This document shows positions 20,591-32,912 of a stretch of DNA of 64,000 nucleotides, one piece after another. The stretch is from positions 50,408,001-50,472,000 of the forward strand of contig CM097885.1 in NCBI GenBank assembly GCA_044892525.1. The letters run 5' to 3'. A program made the position numbers and the translations under genes. The stretch is from Schmidtea polychroa. Lineage: Eukaryota. The notes below the pieces were generated by a model. That model was not told where the DNA came from. It saw only the letters and a program-made list of their open reading frames with translations, and ran no database searches. Numbering within the stretch: position 1 is the stretch's first letter; every line of letters starts with the position of its first letter.

Positions 20591-23116
20591 CTACCCTTCT
20601 TCTTTTCCTTGGCCGTCACCATTTGTGTCTCTTCTGCCCCATCTTTGCATTTTTTTTCGATTACCCGTTATTTCATTGATTCTTAATTCGGCTGACCTTG
20701 CTTCTTCTTTTAGTCGGAGTATCGTTGTCTTAAGTACCTCATTTTCTCTTGTTTTGTTTTCTGCAACTTTTCTCCATATCATTATCAATTCATCCTGTCT
20801 CGTTTCTTTTACAACCAGTTCCATTATTAACCTGCACTGTTCCACACATTGTCTCCTCAATTCCTCGTATGCGTTGGGTTTCACCTGTTCCTTCACGTCA
20901 TTTGTCCGTCTCTGTACATTTGTCGACTGTTGTTTTATTAACATTGGAGATTGATGTTTTCGTATCCCTGGCTGACAAATTCTGTTTTCGACATAGTCTT
21001 TATTGTTTTGTTCTGTGGCGTATTCTCGTGACTGATCTCTCACTGGATTGGTCCCATTCGGACAGTTATTGACCAAATGTCCAGTTCTTTTACATTCGTA
21101 ACACCTTTTTATGCGGCGACATTTATTTTTTCCGTGCTCATTTTTCTCACAATTCCCATGCGTCTTATCGAAGAACCGATAGCGCTCATTATGTCCTTGT
21201 GGTTGGTATTCGTTCCCGTAATTGTTTGTACTTGTGTCCCATTCGATATCTGGTTCGCACTCGCTTTCAGTTTTTAACGTGTTTATGTCATGGTACTTTT
21301 CTTGCGTTTTTTCATTATTTCGTTTTTCGTGATTTTCGCCATTCTCCGATTCGCGCTTTTCCGGGATTACTGCAATTCCAACCTGATTATCGATGCCGGT
21401 ATAATCTCTCTGATTGTCCCCAAATGGTTTGATGTTTTGATGGTCTAATATTACCTGTTCCAGTTTTTCAATTATTTCGCTTTCGATCCTTGAGTCCGGA
21501 ATTTTTTGTAAATCTATTTCGTTGCTCGTTATCATTCTCATCATATTGATTTGTATTACTCTTTTTTGTTCTCTTTCCCATATTCTTTCTATCTTTTCCT
21601 TCTGGTTGTCGTTGGTGGTTAGTCTCATTATATCCATTTTTAACAGTTCCTCCTTTCTCGTTCTCCAATATTTTTCTTCTCTTCTTGCCTGAGGTTCTTT
21701 TCGTTTACTCCATCTTTCTTCCGCTTCTCGTGCTTCCGCGATCTGTAAGGAATTCCATTCTCGTTGTTGTTTTGTTCGGATATTTTGAATTTGTAATGTG
21801 CCTCCCACACATTGTAATACATTTATTCTTGATTGTTGTTTTCCTTCCGATTGAAACTGATAATCGATCATGTTACTACACAGTCCTGTGAGAATTGTTA
21901 TTTGATTTTGTATTTCAGCTAGTTGCTTTGCTGACGTATCCCTATTGTCACTCCATTGTTGGTTTCTTTTATTCGTACATGCAACTGCTAGATGGTCTCC
22001 TTGTCCGCACGAGAAACATTTTTTGGATACTCCACATCTTACTGCGGTATGCCCTTTCTTACCGCAATTCCAACATCTTCTTTGCCCATGACATTCATCG
22101 AGCCAGTGTCCTTGTCTCTTGCAGTCATCACAAAATTTTCCAATGTTTCTATTATTCAACCTCTTGCTTTTGTTGTCATTTTCGTTTCTTTGATTATTGT
22201 TGTTATGGCTCCACTGTCTGTGGTGTTGGGGTTGATTATCTGCGATAGGCCTCCTAGTTGGCGGTTGTGTTACTTTGTTGTACATTTCACATACATTCGC
22301 TGCCTCTACTGCCTTGTCCAGCGTCTTGCAGATTTTGCATCCTACCACACCTTTAATGTCATCTCGTCGCAATCCTTTTACAAATTGGGTTACTAGTTGT
22401 ATTTCCATATCCTTTTCACTAAATAGCGGTTTGGCTAGACGTCTTAGTGCGCTTGCGTACAGTATATTTGATTCATTCACTGCTTGTCCTCGATTGAAGA
22501 ATTCTAGAAATTTGTATTGTGCATCTTTTGCTTCTCCAAATGTTTTTATCAGAGCTTCCTTAACTTCTTTCCAGGTTTTTAGTGGGGTTGTACACTCTTT
22601 TATTCCGACGTACCAATTAAACGCGTCATCTGCTAGATATAGTGGGAGTCTTCTCACTATCATTTCGTTTGTCCATTTTAGAGCATCGCAATAAGATTCA
22701 AAATGTTGGATAAAGTTTGATAGTTTGTTCGGTTTTCCGTCGTATTTTTCGCCATTATATTTTCCCTGGAAATTGGGTATCTCCATTTCACTGAGTCTCT
22801 TGTTGATCGCTTCCATTTGGGCTGTTGTATCTACCATCTCTAATTGTATTCTTTTTCCGTTTGTCTTTTCTTTTATTAGGTTTATGTCACTTTTATTATT
22901 TCTGTTTTCAGATAGAGTTTTTCCTTCCTGAGGTTCTGATACGCGTATTACGCTTCTTGGCCTATTGTTTTCGAAATCCTTTTCACTGCTTCCTTTTATG
23001 GATCGACTTTTGGTCTTTGAGATGTCTTTTTGATTTTGCTTTTCGATTTCTTGTGCTTGCGTGGGTTTAATAGTTCGTCTTCCTTTCTTTGCAACTTTTA
23101 ATTCTTCTTCTTTCAA
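20591..23116 (-). CDS. Gag-like polyprotein (capsid domain plus four CCHC zinc knuckles); true start uncertain
   Basis: Capsid-like FIQHFESYC...LYLADDAFNWY...TWKEVKEALIKTFG...QFVKGL. Knuckles CDDCKRQGHWLDEC, CWNCGKKGHTAVRC, CFSCGQGDHLAVAC, CYECKRTGHLVNNC. The track start codon is TTG. Confidence 0.88.
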   Translation of the reverse strand: MKEEELKVAKKGRRTIKPTQAQEIEKQNQKDISKTKSRSIKGSSEKDFENNRPRSVIRVSEPQEGKTLSENRNNKSDINLIKEKTNGKRIQLEMVDTTAQMEAINKRLSEMEIPNFQGKYNGEKYDGKPNKLSNFIQHFESYCDALKWTNEMIVRRLPLYLADDAFNWYVGIKECTTPLKTWKEVKEALIKTFGEAKDAQYKFLEFFNRGQAVNESNILYASALRRLAKPLFSEKDMEIQLVTQFVKGLRRDDIKGVVGCKICKTLDKAVEAANVCEMYNKVTQPPTRRPIADNQPQHHRQWSHNNNNQRNENDNKSKRLNNRNIGKFCDDCKRQGHWLDECHGQRRCWNCGKKGHTAVRCGVSKKCFSCGQGDHLAVACTNKRNQQWSDNRDTSAKQLAEIQNQITILTGLCSNMIDYQFQSEGKQQSRINVLQCVGGTLQIQNIRTKQQREWNSLQIAEAREAEERWSKRKEPQARREEKYWRTRKEELLKMDIMRLTTNDNQKEKIERIWEREQKRVIQINMMRMITSNEIDLQKIPDSRIESEIIEKLEQVILDHQNIKPFGDNQRDYTGIDNQVGIAVIPEKRESENGENHEKRNNEKTQEKYHDINTLKTESECEPDIEWDTSTNNYGNEYQPQGHNERYRFFDKTHGNCEKNEHGKNKCRRIKRCYECKRTGHLVNNCPNGTNPVRDQSREYATEQNNKDYVENRICQPGIRKHQSPMLIKQQSTNVQRRTNDVKEQVKPNAYEELRRQCVEQCRLIMELVVKETRQDELIMIWRKVAENKTRENEVLKTTILRLKEEARSAELRINEITGNRKKMQRWGRRDTNGDGQGKEEG

Positions 23117-23303
23117 TAAACTTGGTTCTATTATTAACTGTTTTGATCTGGTATGCTTTGTTATTGGTTCAATATTTCTGAACTTGGCTTAATTATTTGA
23201 CAATAACTTCTATTTGATTGCTGATACTTGGCTATTGGCTTGATTGATTGATTTACCTGAATAGAAAAATATCACTTCTCCCTATCGTTTATTATATTTA
23301 TAA

Positions 23304-23343
<40 letters not shown>

Positions 23344-23716
23344 GTGTAATTGCAATATTTTTACTTTGGTTTCTTTGGGTACCGGCATATCTTAATATTT
23401 ATTTCGTCGTTATTTTTGTTTACACATTAGTCCTCAAATTATTCTTAACTCGATTCTCCATTATCCATTCTATATCCTCATCTATTCTCCTACATGGTTG
23501 TCTATTTTCAATTCGTTTTTCGTCTTTTTCCTTCACAATCTTATTTATTTTCGGTTATATATCCGTCAATGACTTCGGCCGTATTCTCGTTTATATTCTC
23601 GTCTATGTTTCTTCCAGGTACTCATCTATATTCTCGTTTATCTTTCCTTTTACATTCTCGTCTATATTCACGTCTGTTATTTCCGTTTCTATTCGTAGCC
23701 ATTATTCTCATTTATA

Positions 23717-24047
23717 TTCGTATCTATTATTCGCATCTATTATTCGCATCTATTATTCGCATCTATTATTCGCATCTATTATTCGCATCTATTATTCGCA
23801 TCTATTATTCGCATCTATTATTCGCATCTATTATTCGCATCTATTATTCGCATCTATTATTCGCATCTATTATTCGCATCTATTATTCACATCTATTATT
23901 CGCATCTATTATTCGCATCTATTATTCGCATCTATTATTCGCATCTATTATTCGCATCTATTATTCGCATCTATTATTCGCATCTATTATTCGCATCTAT
24001 TATTCGCATCTATTATTCGCATCTATTATTCGCATCTATTATTCATC
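23717..24047. repeat. 13-bp tandem repeat (TATTCGCATCTAT)n, ~25 copies, in the retrotransposon leader
   Basis: Direct observation; explains the spurious IIRIYYSHLLFAS-repeat ORF. Confidence 0.95.
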
Positions 24048-24164
24048 TACTGGTTATCTTATGAATTTAATCTTTAAGCTCTAATTGTTTCTCTTTACTT
24101 CGCTTTGTCTTTTTCCAGTTACTTGGTCTTCCTTTTATTTCTCCTGCATGCTTCTTTTTACTAC

Positions 24165-24355
24165 TCTTCCAGGTTTTCCCAACTCTCCTGACTTCGGATG
24201 CGAAACACTCGCACTGGTCGATCTCCGATCGTGTGGTGATCAGTCACACGCAGAGATGTTCCAGTATATGCGATGGGCCCTGTTCCACATCTTTCGTCAG
24301 GACAGTTGGTACTTTCCTGGGCCTTATCCGCACTACGCTGAGCGTAGCTCATAGG
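24165..24355 (-). other. GC-rich multibranch stem-loop island upstream of gag
   Basis: Nested complementary segments CCAGG/CCUGG, CCAACU/AGUUGG, UCCUGAC/GUCAGGA enclosing several small hairpins. Confidence 0.55.
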
Positions 24356-26609
24356 TTGTGGATTTCTTAAACCCCAAAAAAAAAATTTTCCTTATTCATT
24401 TGCTCTCAATTTTCGTAACACTTTATTCTCATTTTTACGTCGTGCTCTTACTCTACTTATCTCGATTACCCTTGGTCCTTCTTCATTATTCTAAATATAT
24501 CCCCATCTCTTGTCTAGTTAACGTCTTATTGCTATCGCTTTTACTCTTACCGCTTCGGTTGACTTGTTTCTCGTTAATATGCTCACTATTTCCTCAGGCA
24601 GATCCCTCTCGCATTATTTGTTAATATTAGTTTATCCATTTTATTCGTTACCCTTCTATTCGTTAATGATTTATTTACGAAACATCCCTGCTCAATTTTG
24701 TAATTTATCGCTTCCGTATTTGTATATTTTCCTCAGCTTTGATTTTTTATGTTACCTCTCACTGATTTCCCCGTCATAATGTTTCTCATTTCGTATATTT
24801 TACGTTTTCAAAATTTGTTTGTTGTTTTTCTGTTTATGGGCCTCTTTGTTCCACTCCCTATATTTTAGGTTTTTAACTTATTTCCGCGTCTATTTGATAT
24901 TTTACTTTTGGCGCGTAACTTTGATTGGTCATTTATTTTCATTATCTCATTTAATTGTTTATCTATGTCTACATATACACGCATATACTTATACATATAC
25001 CCTTATCCATAAACATATATTCATATACTCATATCCACCTATATCTGGATATCTACATCTGTACGCATTTCTCCCTAGCTGTTCGTGGAGTGGTTGATAT
25101 TATTGCATTTATCGTTTCTGAATTTATTCAATCTCACAATTGCAACTTTTTGTTTCGTAATAAAAGTAGACAGTTCGTTCGTTTTTCATTATTGTAACTT
25201 TTTGTTCCATCGTAAAAGTAGGCAGTATGTTCGTTTTCCATAACTAAAACTTTTGTTCCATGTTTCTAATTGGTCTCATTTTTGTTAGTATCTCTCGTTA
25301 TTTTAATTTTCCGTGTCATGATGTTAAGCTTTCACTTTTGTTCTATTATAATGTATCGCGTTTCATTTTATATTTGTTGTTTCTCGTAATTTTGATTTTT
25401 CATTCAAATGTCTTTGCCCTTGCTTTCTTTCTGTGAATTTGTTACTTGTTGTTTTCTGTTTGTTCATTTCGTTTTGTGTTTTCCTTGTCATTTTTATTGT
25501 GTTTATTTGTTCACATTCTATTTTGTTATATGTGCGCTCTTCATTTTCTGTCCATCATGTTTTTGTATAATTTTCCCGATTGTTCCTATTACTACTCATG
25601 TCCATTTTGACTTTCATCTTGATCTGCCGTTTGTTGTTGTCCTAGTTTGATCTCATTTTTCCTCCGCGTCTTCGCAAAATGTCGTCCCCGACATTCATTA
25701 TTTAATTTATTTATTATCTTGTGTTCTCTCGGTTCTCAGTATTTTGTTCTCGTGTCCTCTCTACAATATTTGCCAAACGTCCATTTTTTCTGATTGATTT
25801 TCCTTACTCTTAAATAGGCGTAGATTTTAATATTTTTGATTTTTCGCATTATTTTATCTTTGTTTATGGTGATCGGTCCTCTACTTTTATTATATATCAT
25901 TTTGGTTGGGGTGTATACACCGATATATGCAATTATTTATATACAATTAGTCCTCTTTATGGCACTCAGTTCTGCCATTACTGTCTCTTTTCAATGCTAT
26001 GACCATGCTAATAGTTCGTTGGTTTTCTCCTTTACCAACAGAAACCACCGGTACGAGTGTTCTTCTACTCATTCCACCTCCATCTCGGTATATTGAATGC
26101 TTCATTTTATGACTATTTTCCATGAATATAATGCTGTAATTGTTACAGCTATTTGTATTTCATCTTCAGCTCCCTGCATTTTCCTTTTCCCGTTTCCTTT
26201 TAACGTCTGATATTATCCGTTGCATTTTTATCATATCTTTCTCTCCTTGATTTCCCCAGCTATTCTTATTAGTTCATTTCTTGCATTTAACTTTATCATT
26301 AGAGTTGTTCTATTTCTCTTCACTTTAGTTCAATTTTTCCTCTCTGGCCTTGATTATTCTCTCACGAACAAATTCATTGTTCAAATTTTCGATTAGATTG
26401 TTCCTCCATGAGATTCCTTACTTCTGTATAGCTAATGCTATTTACGATAATATGACGCTTTCTGCTTCCATATTTCTCCTGTGGTGGTATTGGGATTGAT
26501 TTCCATTGTGATCCGTTTCATTCTATTAATTCACCTATATTGATTCATAATCTTTTATCTGAATTTTATTTCATTTTACTTCCCGAAGTTATATACTAAT
26601 TATACCGCG

Positions 26610-26612
<3 letters not shown>

Positions 26613-26672
<60 letters not shown>
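26613..26672. repeat. (TA)n microsatellite
   Basis: Direct observation. Confidence 0.95.
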
Positions 26673-26679
<7 letters not shown>

Positions 26680-29600
26680 ATCATATACCTTTATATATTC
26701 ATTGTCCACACTATATATAGTCATCACCCTTTCTATGTATGTGGGTTCGTAATTCGTGATACTTGCTAGATCTCTCCCCACTGTTCTTAGTTTAGTGTTC
26801 TGTACTCTTTCATTTACTGTATATTTCACCCGTCTGGTTCTAATTGTTTCCAATTCTCTATCGTTGACGTTGGATAATTTTTCATACTTCTTTCCGGTTA
26901 TTAATATGAGCATCGTACGTATAACTGTCTTGTATATTCATATTACTTTGGCTAACCTTAGGCTTCCTGGTTTCTTTCGCTGGATCATTTTCGTTGATAC
27001 CTATCATGTTATTCTCGTATCTTGTATATTTACTTTCATTGATTTCTCTCTATACTTGGTCAATCTCCCGAGTCGTTTTACATAAGTTTTAGAATTCATT
27101 TTCTACGTACCCTGGGTGTCTGTGATGTTCGCCTATTTTGCAAAGTTTTTCACTGCCTTTTAACTTAGTTCTCGTGCCTTTGTCACGAAGATTTTATTTC
27201 GATTTGTTTTTGCTCTATTTTTGTACCGTGATTTTATTTTTTCGCAGTTATTCTCGATTGTCTTTGGTTCAGATTTATTTTTCGAGTTACCAGCAAGCTT
27301 AGTTCTTGTTTTTGTTCTTTTACTTAACGCTTTTGTTCATTTTGTTCATTTCTATTCGTGATGTTTCGATGTCTTTTCTTGTCTTTACTTTCTTTTACTT
27401 TCAGTAGAATCTGTTGACTCGCTCGGTTTCGTCTGGTAAACTCATCTCTTTATCTATAATGTTGTTCGTCTCAGATTCACATTTGCAGAAGCTAAGACAT
27501 GGTTATCATTTGCTTTATTTATCGTTTGGTACTTTGTTATCTGTCGAGTTTTATCGTATTTTTCATTTGGATGTTTATTCAATCGTTTTTATGGTTTGGT
27601 CTTTCCATTTTACCGATGCATTTAACATCCTTGGGTACTCTACCCTTGGGTTGGTATGCGTAGAAGGTATTACCTGTAGAGTATAATTGGTTTAAATAGT
27701 CCTTATCATACACTGTATGTATCGACAACTCAATACCAGAATCATATATAGCTTGCTTTTTCCTAAACCCCCTAATCCATACATTCTTATATATCATTTG
27801 CATATAATCATTCATACCATTACATATTCATTTATCAGTATATTCTCAAAAAGTTCCCCTTCTAAAGCCGCTATCATTCCCTCGGTTTATCCATTCACTA
27901 ATCAACGTAATAACAATTAACATTTAATAATTCATTGACATAAATATTATCAAGAGCCTGCATAACCAATCCTCAACCAATTGCTGGCCCATCATTCAAC
28001 CATTCAACCAAACAAGGACACATTATCAAGGAGAAGACTTATTTATTTTCATAAAATTAGCTTATCTTACTTATCCTATTGTCAAACCTTGAATTTACTG
28101 AAATCCGGATGTAACGATATTCATACATTATTCTTTTGTTCTGGGCGTATCCAACCATTTTTAGCAAAGAACATTCCGTCTATCTTCGAAATAGAGTAAT
28201 TTTGTCGAAACCAATTAATTACGATTTGCTACTTCGTATGATTTATAATTTCCTAATAAATTCCTATATGCACTGCTAGCAATTTCCTCGAAACAGATTA
28301 TTAATTCCATACACACGATAATTGATTTTTGATTACGCCTAAGATTTATTTGCAAACCACAGCCTGTAACACAATATCATGATTTTATAGGAGTCAATAA
28401 TGCACAATTCGATCAAGCTCCAATCACGAGCACTCGATGTATAGAAGCGTGTCAATTAAAATCATTGTCAAGATGCGCACCAACCGAAATATATTTGTAA
28501 AAACTTATAGTTACAAGTGTCTTGTCTTACCAGTGTATCTACATGCTCTTCGGGTGTACGATTTCGCCCGCCCTTCGTCTTTACTATCATCATAATTTGT
28601 AAATAATCACACCGACCGGTAACCGATCACAATCGAATGGGTACTGATTTGGGTTTTTATAATATAGACCTTAGTTTACCTATAATAAATGTGCGTATGA
28701 ATTAGCAATGTGAGATTAAATTGGCAATTATATTATACAACAATAGGAAACAAAATCGATGTTAATAATATATATATTATAAACAAGCACACACAAACAC
28801 GGCTCGCAAGACACATGCAACAGGATATTGATCCAACAAGGGTATTTAATCAGCTGAAATTTTCCAATTTAAAATTAACAACAAAAATTGACGAGGATGT
28901 TTGTAACCTCATCAGAATCGACTATTTCGTTTCGAGAATTTCGTAGCCAAATGTGTAAGCTTTTCATTTAAACTTGAGACATTTTATAAAATCTATATGG
29001 AATGGCCATTGCTGACAACGAAAGAATCATCAACTCCATGGCGGATGGCCATAATTATCACGAATCAGGCCACATTCTCGGAATCCAACGGAATACAATA
29101 ATCGGCACCATAAATAAAATTTACTAACATTTTTAGAATAGAAATTCCACTACAGTTGTTTAGGACGCTTGTGATATTTTATTACAGACAAGGCAGACCA
29201 ACATATAGAGTCAAGTCAATAACACTAAGACGCATAAATCAACACTACTTATACAACACACGAATTTATAATGGAATATTTCACGCATATATAAAAAAAA
29301 ATTTTGAAATTACCACTATCCTGAGATTAATAACACCAAATAAAATTGATGGTTCTGACCAGTGGACGTGATTTATTAATACATTGATTATCCCATTACC
29401 GACTAACAATAATTATTTAAGTGCATATAAATTTATATACAAGTACAAAATGCTATAGTAACATAATTAATAATCATTTCCATACCTGTAAATTTGACAA
29501 TTTTCTGTTTTATTTTAACCAATTAAATCAAAAATAGAAAGCCATACATAATTTTATTAAAAACTGAATTTTAAAATACTTATAAAACATACTTGATTTA

Positions 29601-30929
29601 ATTAGTAAAGTCCATAAAATCAATAAAAATATATATAACCATTCCACCTATACTGTACTGAAAAATCGCTCAAAGTTTTATTCGACATCGACAAAAACAA
29701 CGAAACGAACCGAGAGAAAATCACCATGAATCGAAGAACTAATCAAATTTCCAGCATCATTTTCAAAAGTAAATATTCGAATCATTATTCCAATTGATAG
29801 ACATATTAACATCAATAAAAACAAATTCCATTTTCGTTTTGTAAATCTCATAAAATTTCAATTTCATCTGAACACTACAGCAAAAATCCAAATCCACAAG
29901 AAATGAAACCTCAAATCAAGAAATAAATAATTGTTACACATCGCGTTTCTGATTGGCTGACTTTCATAAACGTAAATCATCCATACCTGTACATTGCATC
30001 CAAATCTCGCACCAACTTTCGAGCACACATCACAACTGACACTCTCAAATCATTAGCGTTCACAACGCCATCTCCACTCAACCATAAAACGTTTAAGTAC
30101 CGTACCCACGTCAATCATTCTCCACTCACCCTCACCACCGATACACAATTTCCATACAATATTGCTCAAATGCGCGTCTGAACACGCCCTTGAGTTGAAT
30201 TGCGCGTTGCGCATCACTGCGTTTCCTCGTTGAAACCAGTTCAGAAAAAGTTAAAACTATGAAAATGGGTAAAATCTTGTCTGAACATGTCGGTGTCTCC
30301 AAAGTTGGTTATAATACCATGAAGCATGTGTAGACTTGTCAGATAGAATGCTTTGAATAATAGATCGGTAAATAGATCAAAAAGTTTTCGGAAAAACTGA
30401 ATAGTTGAAAAGTAGTACAAATTGTATATTCCATTATCGTTTTGGGAGAAAAATTTTATCCGATGAATAGTATTATTGTAATCTGGCTCTATAATTGTGT
30501 AGTTAATGATTAATTCATTTTATGTGCAATAGTATTGATAACGTTAAATGAACACTATGGCCAGATTATTCAATTTGTATTTATTTGTTCGCACAGATGT
30601 TGGATGAATAAATATTTTTAAATAACTATTGCAGACCGAGTAGTGATTATTATTATTATCATTATTATATGAATGTTGATTATAATAAGTTTAAATCAAA
30701 TAAATATAAAGAAATAATAAAGATAGCGGCAATTTGTAAATCATAACAAATTTTTCTTAAAACTGGTAAAATTTACTATTAATTTTTTAGAAAATGATTA
30801 TTATTATATTTTATTTTCATTTGTTGGAATCTTATTAATTTCAAATTAATATTGTCATTGCATTACATTTTGCTTCAAATTCGTGTTCATTCTCCTATTC
30901 ATTGTGTACGTTTTGTATTTTCAAGTAGA

Positions 30930-30947
30930 ATCCCGGCTGAGCCCCCA
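30930..30947 (-). promoter_or_regulatory. Primer binding site, tRNA-Pro-like (TGGGGGCTCAGCCGGGAT)
   Basis: 16/18 match to the MLV tRNA-Pro PBS TGGGGGCTCGTCCGGGAT; 7 nt downstream of the 5' LTR end. Confidence 0.8.
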
Positions 30948-30954
30948 AAAATCA

Positions 30955-32500
30955 TGTTGGTTACTTAGGGGTGTATCATTTTTACATTTTAAAATGCGTT
31001 AGGGGTAATCATAATCGTTCGACTCTTTCCTAAGCACCTCCATGACTATTAAAATTTAAACCATTTGTGTACCCATGGTGACGACCATGTTGGTACTGTA
31101 CACAAAGGCGAAAAAAACAATGAGCAGGTGAGCTCTATTACTAAAACTACTCCCCATTGTATTTTCTTTTCGGGTTCTAGACTGCCGATAGAAGGTCTTA
31201 CGTCATTATTCACTGTGTATGCTATTTTTGAAACGTTGTTGGTCCTCAATTACGGGTATTTCTAATTGTTCTCTTATAAAATTTTGTGCAGGGATCCGCC
31301 CTTATTTTCCAGCTAAAAATTATTGTTCTACACTTCCTACAATATCTAAATTATCCTTTGAAAAATTTGAGCAGGGATTGGCCCTTATTTTCAAGTTAAT
31401 CCACGCTTCCCATAATATTTACGTTATACTTCAAAAAATTTGAGCAGGGATCTGCCTGTATTCTCAGTCCTAACCTACATTTGACCACAGTACTTCCAGC
31501 GATAGGACCCGTGAGGAAGCCCCCACATTCCGGCCCAATCCAGCTGCGCGATTGAAAAACCAGCATACCCACCAGTCTGAGCATCCCGAAGGTACCTCAA
31601 ACCATGATATGCTGAATCTCAATTCAGCGGTACTAACGTTCGTAATCAGTTAGTATAAAAATTGAACACAATAAAAATTATTATTTAATATCTGCAACTA
31701 AATGAAATTAAACAATTAAAAGAAAATAACAAAAGAAAATTTAACTAAAAATTTTATTGCATATTAAATTTAATCATCTCGTAAAATTACTACAACAATA
31801 AAAAATAAATTACCAAATCCCCGTGGGCATAAAATCGAAAACTGAGAGCTTCACTGGCTACAACTAAATTTTGATGTTAGAGAAAAAGTAGTCCCTTTAA
31901 ATGAATTGGTGATCAGTATTTATACTGATTTTTCATGCATTTGCTGCCACTCTATCCAATCAGAGTGTGAGAAATTTTTAATTAGTCTTGCATACATGCA
32001 TGAGTGTGTGCAATTGTTTATTTGTTTTAATTCAATAAATTTAATTAATTTCTTATTTAATTTTTATTAATTTTAATTTTATAAATTTTATAATTTAAAT
32101 AATTTGAGTTATATTAATTTTTATTAATTTAAACATTTTTATTCTTTAAATTTAATAAGTTAAATAACCATTTAATTCTATAAACTTTACAATTTATATA
32201 ATGCTAACCAATTTTATTATTTTTGACGATTTAATTTTTATATTGTTTAAATAATTTTCAACTAATTCTATTTTATATTTTATTATTTTTCTATTTAAAT
32301 TTTTAAGTGTTGAATTTTTTGTTAAATTTATTTATCTCTTATTCTATTATACGGGGTTTATTGGTTCTTAATGTGTGATGTAATTTATTTCATTTATTTT
32401 AAATTAAACCTTGGTCATAAATTTTTCAACTTTGAGGTTTTTGTGTTAGGTATTTTCGATCGATTAAAACAAACTCTCAGTTCTCGGCTTCAGCCCAACA
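30955..32500 (-). repeat. 5' LTR of the family A element
   Basis: Direct repeat of 17977-19522, adjacent to the PBS. Confidence 0.95.
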
Positions 32501-32504
32501 TTAG

Positions 32505-32912
32505 TACAGCTGCTAGTGATGTTTTTGTCTTTATATGTGTGTGCAGGCCGCTTGTTGAGCCCCATCCGGTTTTAATAAAATTATCATACTTCTTGCATTT
32601 TGCATAGTTTCCATTTTCTTCTTTAAGAAAGTAAAACCAGATATAATTTTCATTTCAGTTCAATCAACACATAAAAACTTAATTTTAAAAGATTTTGAAG
32701 TGTTTTCGTGTAAATAGAACGGCATTTACTTGTTTATTTGTTAAAATAAAAACTCTAGTTTATATAGATGTAAAATGCATTTTTTGTTGTTTAAAATAAT
32801 ATTTTAATTTAATATCGAAATACCGGTATCGGATCTTCAAATACCGGTAATTAATACCGGGAAAAAATGACCGGTATCCCGGTATCCCGAGATCCCGGTA
32901 TTGCATTCCCTA
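32505..32912. mobile_element. One end of a hAT-like DNA transposon/MITE (fragment spans 17952-32912, split by the LTR element)
   Basis: Terminus reads TAGGGAATGCAATACCGG on the minus strand with clustered TACCGG/CCGGTA subterminal motifs. GCCT is repeated at 17948-17951 and 32913-32916 (partial TSD). Confidence 0.5.

Larger units (their letters stand above)
17977..32500 (-). mobile_element. Full-length 14,524 bp non-autonomous (gag-only) LTR retrotransposon, family A, Ty3/Gypsy-like
   Basis: Two 1546-bp LTRs (only ~3 differences spotted by eye), TG...CA ends, TSD TTAG (17973-17976, 32501-32504), PBS next to the right LTR, gag ORF on the minus strand, no pol found. Confidence 0.93.

Noticed and set aside
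20586..23070. Multiple plus-strand ORFs overlapping gag
   Set aside because: Antisense shadows of an A-rich coding strand with no motifs.
23494..24084. 196-aa repetitive ORF or CRISPR-like array
   Set aside because: Simple 13-bp tandem repeat with no spacers; eukaryotic context.
24230..24305. CUGACGA resembling a hammerhead ribozyme core (also CUGAUGA near 19790, 28910, 57880)
   Set aside because: No correctly placed GAAA and stem II/III geometry found.
30925..30947. tRNA-Pro gene (plus strand ends ...CCCGGCTGAGCCCCCA)
   Set aside because: Only the 3' 18 nt including CCA are present; this is a PBS.
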